From NCBI GenBank assembly GCA_047495785.1, contig JBLDXI010000004.1, forward strand, positions 2,108,001 through 2,172,000: DNA of 64,000 bases, given 5' to 3'. Below, piece by piece: positions 62,744 to 64,000 of this stretch. This stretch comes from Lepidodermella squamata (taxonomy: Eukaryota > Animalia > Gastrotricha). The notes under the pieces were generated by a model that worked only from the letters and a program-made list of their open reading frames with translations, was not told where the DNA came from and did not search any database. Position 1 is the stretch's first letter. The number at the start of each line of letters is the position of its first letter. The position numbers and the translations under genes are program-made.

Positions 62744-63239
62744 GAATAGAGCGTTTTGTAAATTTCTTCGCTTTTTCTGGTAAAGATGCATTTCAGCGCG
62801 ATTTCTTTCGCTGTGCTCGATTGCTATCATTAGGAAATGTGCAGCCCATCAGCTATAATGCGCTATTCAAGTACGCAACCCCCGTGACTATGGCATGTAT
62901 GATTGCGTAATAAGGAGTGAATAAGCTGACACAGTCGCGGCGGTACAAGATTCCCAATTTTTCATCGTTTAAACCATCCGGGCGCGCGGTCGAAGAACCA
63001 AAATGCTTTTTATTCCGTCCTTACTTCGCATGTGAAATAACTACAACTGACGAAAATATTTGGATTGGAGAGGATTAAGGCCTAGGACAGAGCATACCGA
63101 CTTCGAAAAGTGGTCAGGAAGGTGAGGTTACCTGGCCAGCGACAGCAAGTCTAGTCTGACGCGTAGAATAGCTCGAGGCACTTCCAGACGGCGAGTCTTG
63201 TCTCTTGGCAGAGGCCGACGCAACAGTCTTCAAGGCGGC

Positions 63240-63494
63240 AATGGAGTGGACGATGAACGAGCCAGGTACAAGCATCGACTAGCTCATCGACAGGCGCGTA
63301 CCAATCCGCTTGAAACCCATGCCGATCACGTAATAGGCCATGACTTTGGCTAAAGTGAAAGGTAGCGCCCGTGCTGGCGAGGGAGAGGCCGTCGTTCGTC
63401 GGTCGTCGGCAAAGGTGCCCAGTGAGGTCCCAGGTGTACTCGGTTAGTGTATTAGCGGGTCGCTGGTATAGATTATGTAGAGGAGCGGCGGGCT
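63240..63494 (-). pseudogene. Decayed non-LTR reverse-transcriptase fragment (different, older, GC-rich family; Jockey/I-like motif spacing)
   Basis: The minus strand reads SPPLLYIIYTSDPLIH*PSTPGTSLGTFADD (FADD at 63402-63413) then ..ASPSPARAL, with an in-frame stop and downstream decay. The 3' limit is uncertain. Confidence 0.65.
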
Positions 63495-64000
63495 TCTTCA
63501 GCCTTCGAGCGATTTTTGCGTTTTGTTAATCGCATTATACCGTAAAATCCTAAAAAAAGACGACTGATCTATAATGAAACCTTCCGATTTAAGCCCCCAT
63601 TCTTTACGACGATTGAACGAATAAGCCCCCAGGCCTACAATAGTACCGCGTGGTGCAAATAAAACTTTAGCATGCCTCACATGACTAATAATTTTCAATT
63701 GCGTTCCAAGTTCGTGATCGAAAACATTACCATGATCGCTGCGCTACTGAGAAAGATGGTCGACTCGTATCTAGAGAACCCCCAATGAAATCGTTTTTCA
63801 TCATTTTCTGACAACAACACAGTCAACAGTATGTTCAGTTTTATCTTCTCATCTTGAACTAATTCAATTACACCCGTGTCTTCCTTGGAAGCGTTGAAGC
63901 CGTGTAAAGTGACGAAGCCGAATCCCCAGCACCAACCCAATTTTCATTTAAACATTAGAATCTTTGAGCATTTGAATAAATAAGTCCACAGCTTACAATT

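Noticed and set aside
62387-63133. ggttacct direct repeat (62387-62394 and 63126-63133) as a TSD pair
   Set aside because: The enclosed segment has no terminal inverted repeats.
63498-63940. Short minus-strand ORFs at the right end
   Set aside because: No recognisable motifs and no splice-supported model.

Overview
This is eukaryotic DNA (short GT-AG introns, non-LTR retrotransposons, satellite). The organism cannot be named from the sequence, although the 52-63 bp introns suggest a compact invertebrate-type genome. Left to right: (1) 1-2067 holds the last 10 exons of a spliced gene missed by the ORF track, encoding about 7 copies of a ~50-aa four-cysteine repeat. (2) 2818-3246 (minus strand) is a C-terminal fragment of a Sola-like DNA transposase, cut off at the satellite edge. 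(3) ~3319-56916 is a complete ~53.6-kb island of a 173-bp, ~50% GC, dyad-rich tandem satellite (~310 monomers) with nested higher-order repeats and a perfectly homogeneous central block; its last ~2 kb is inverted (switch at 54894). (4) 56926-62164 is a near-perfect 5.2-kb palindrome (2308-bp arms, 623-bp spacer). Each arm carries a 5'-truncated, open-frame CR1/L2-group LINE with a (TAAA)n tail, plus remnants of a probable C-type-lectin gene. (5) 62165-64000 is transposon debris: a hAT-like end, a GTAC hairpin array and a decayed RT fragment. The hundreds of ORFs inside the satellite are artefacts. I found no CRISPR array, RNA gene or other clearly new system. The best leads are the centromere-like satellite island, the three-junction rearrangement at its right edge (which could also be an amplification or assembly chimera), and the unrecognised Cys-repeat protein.
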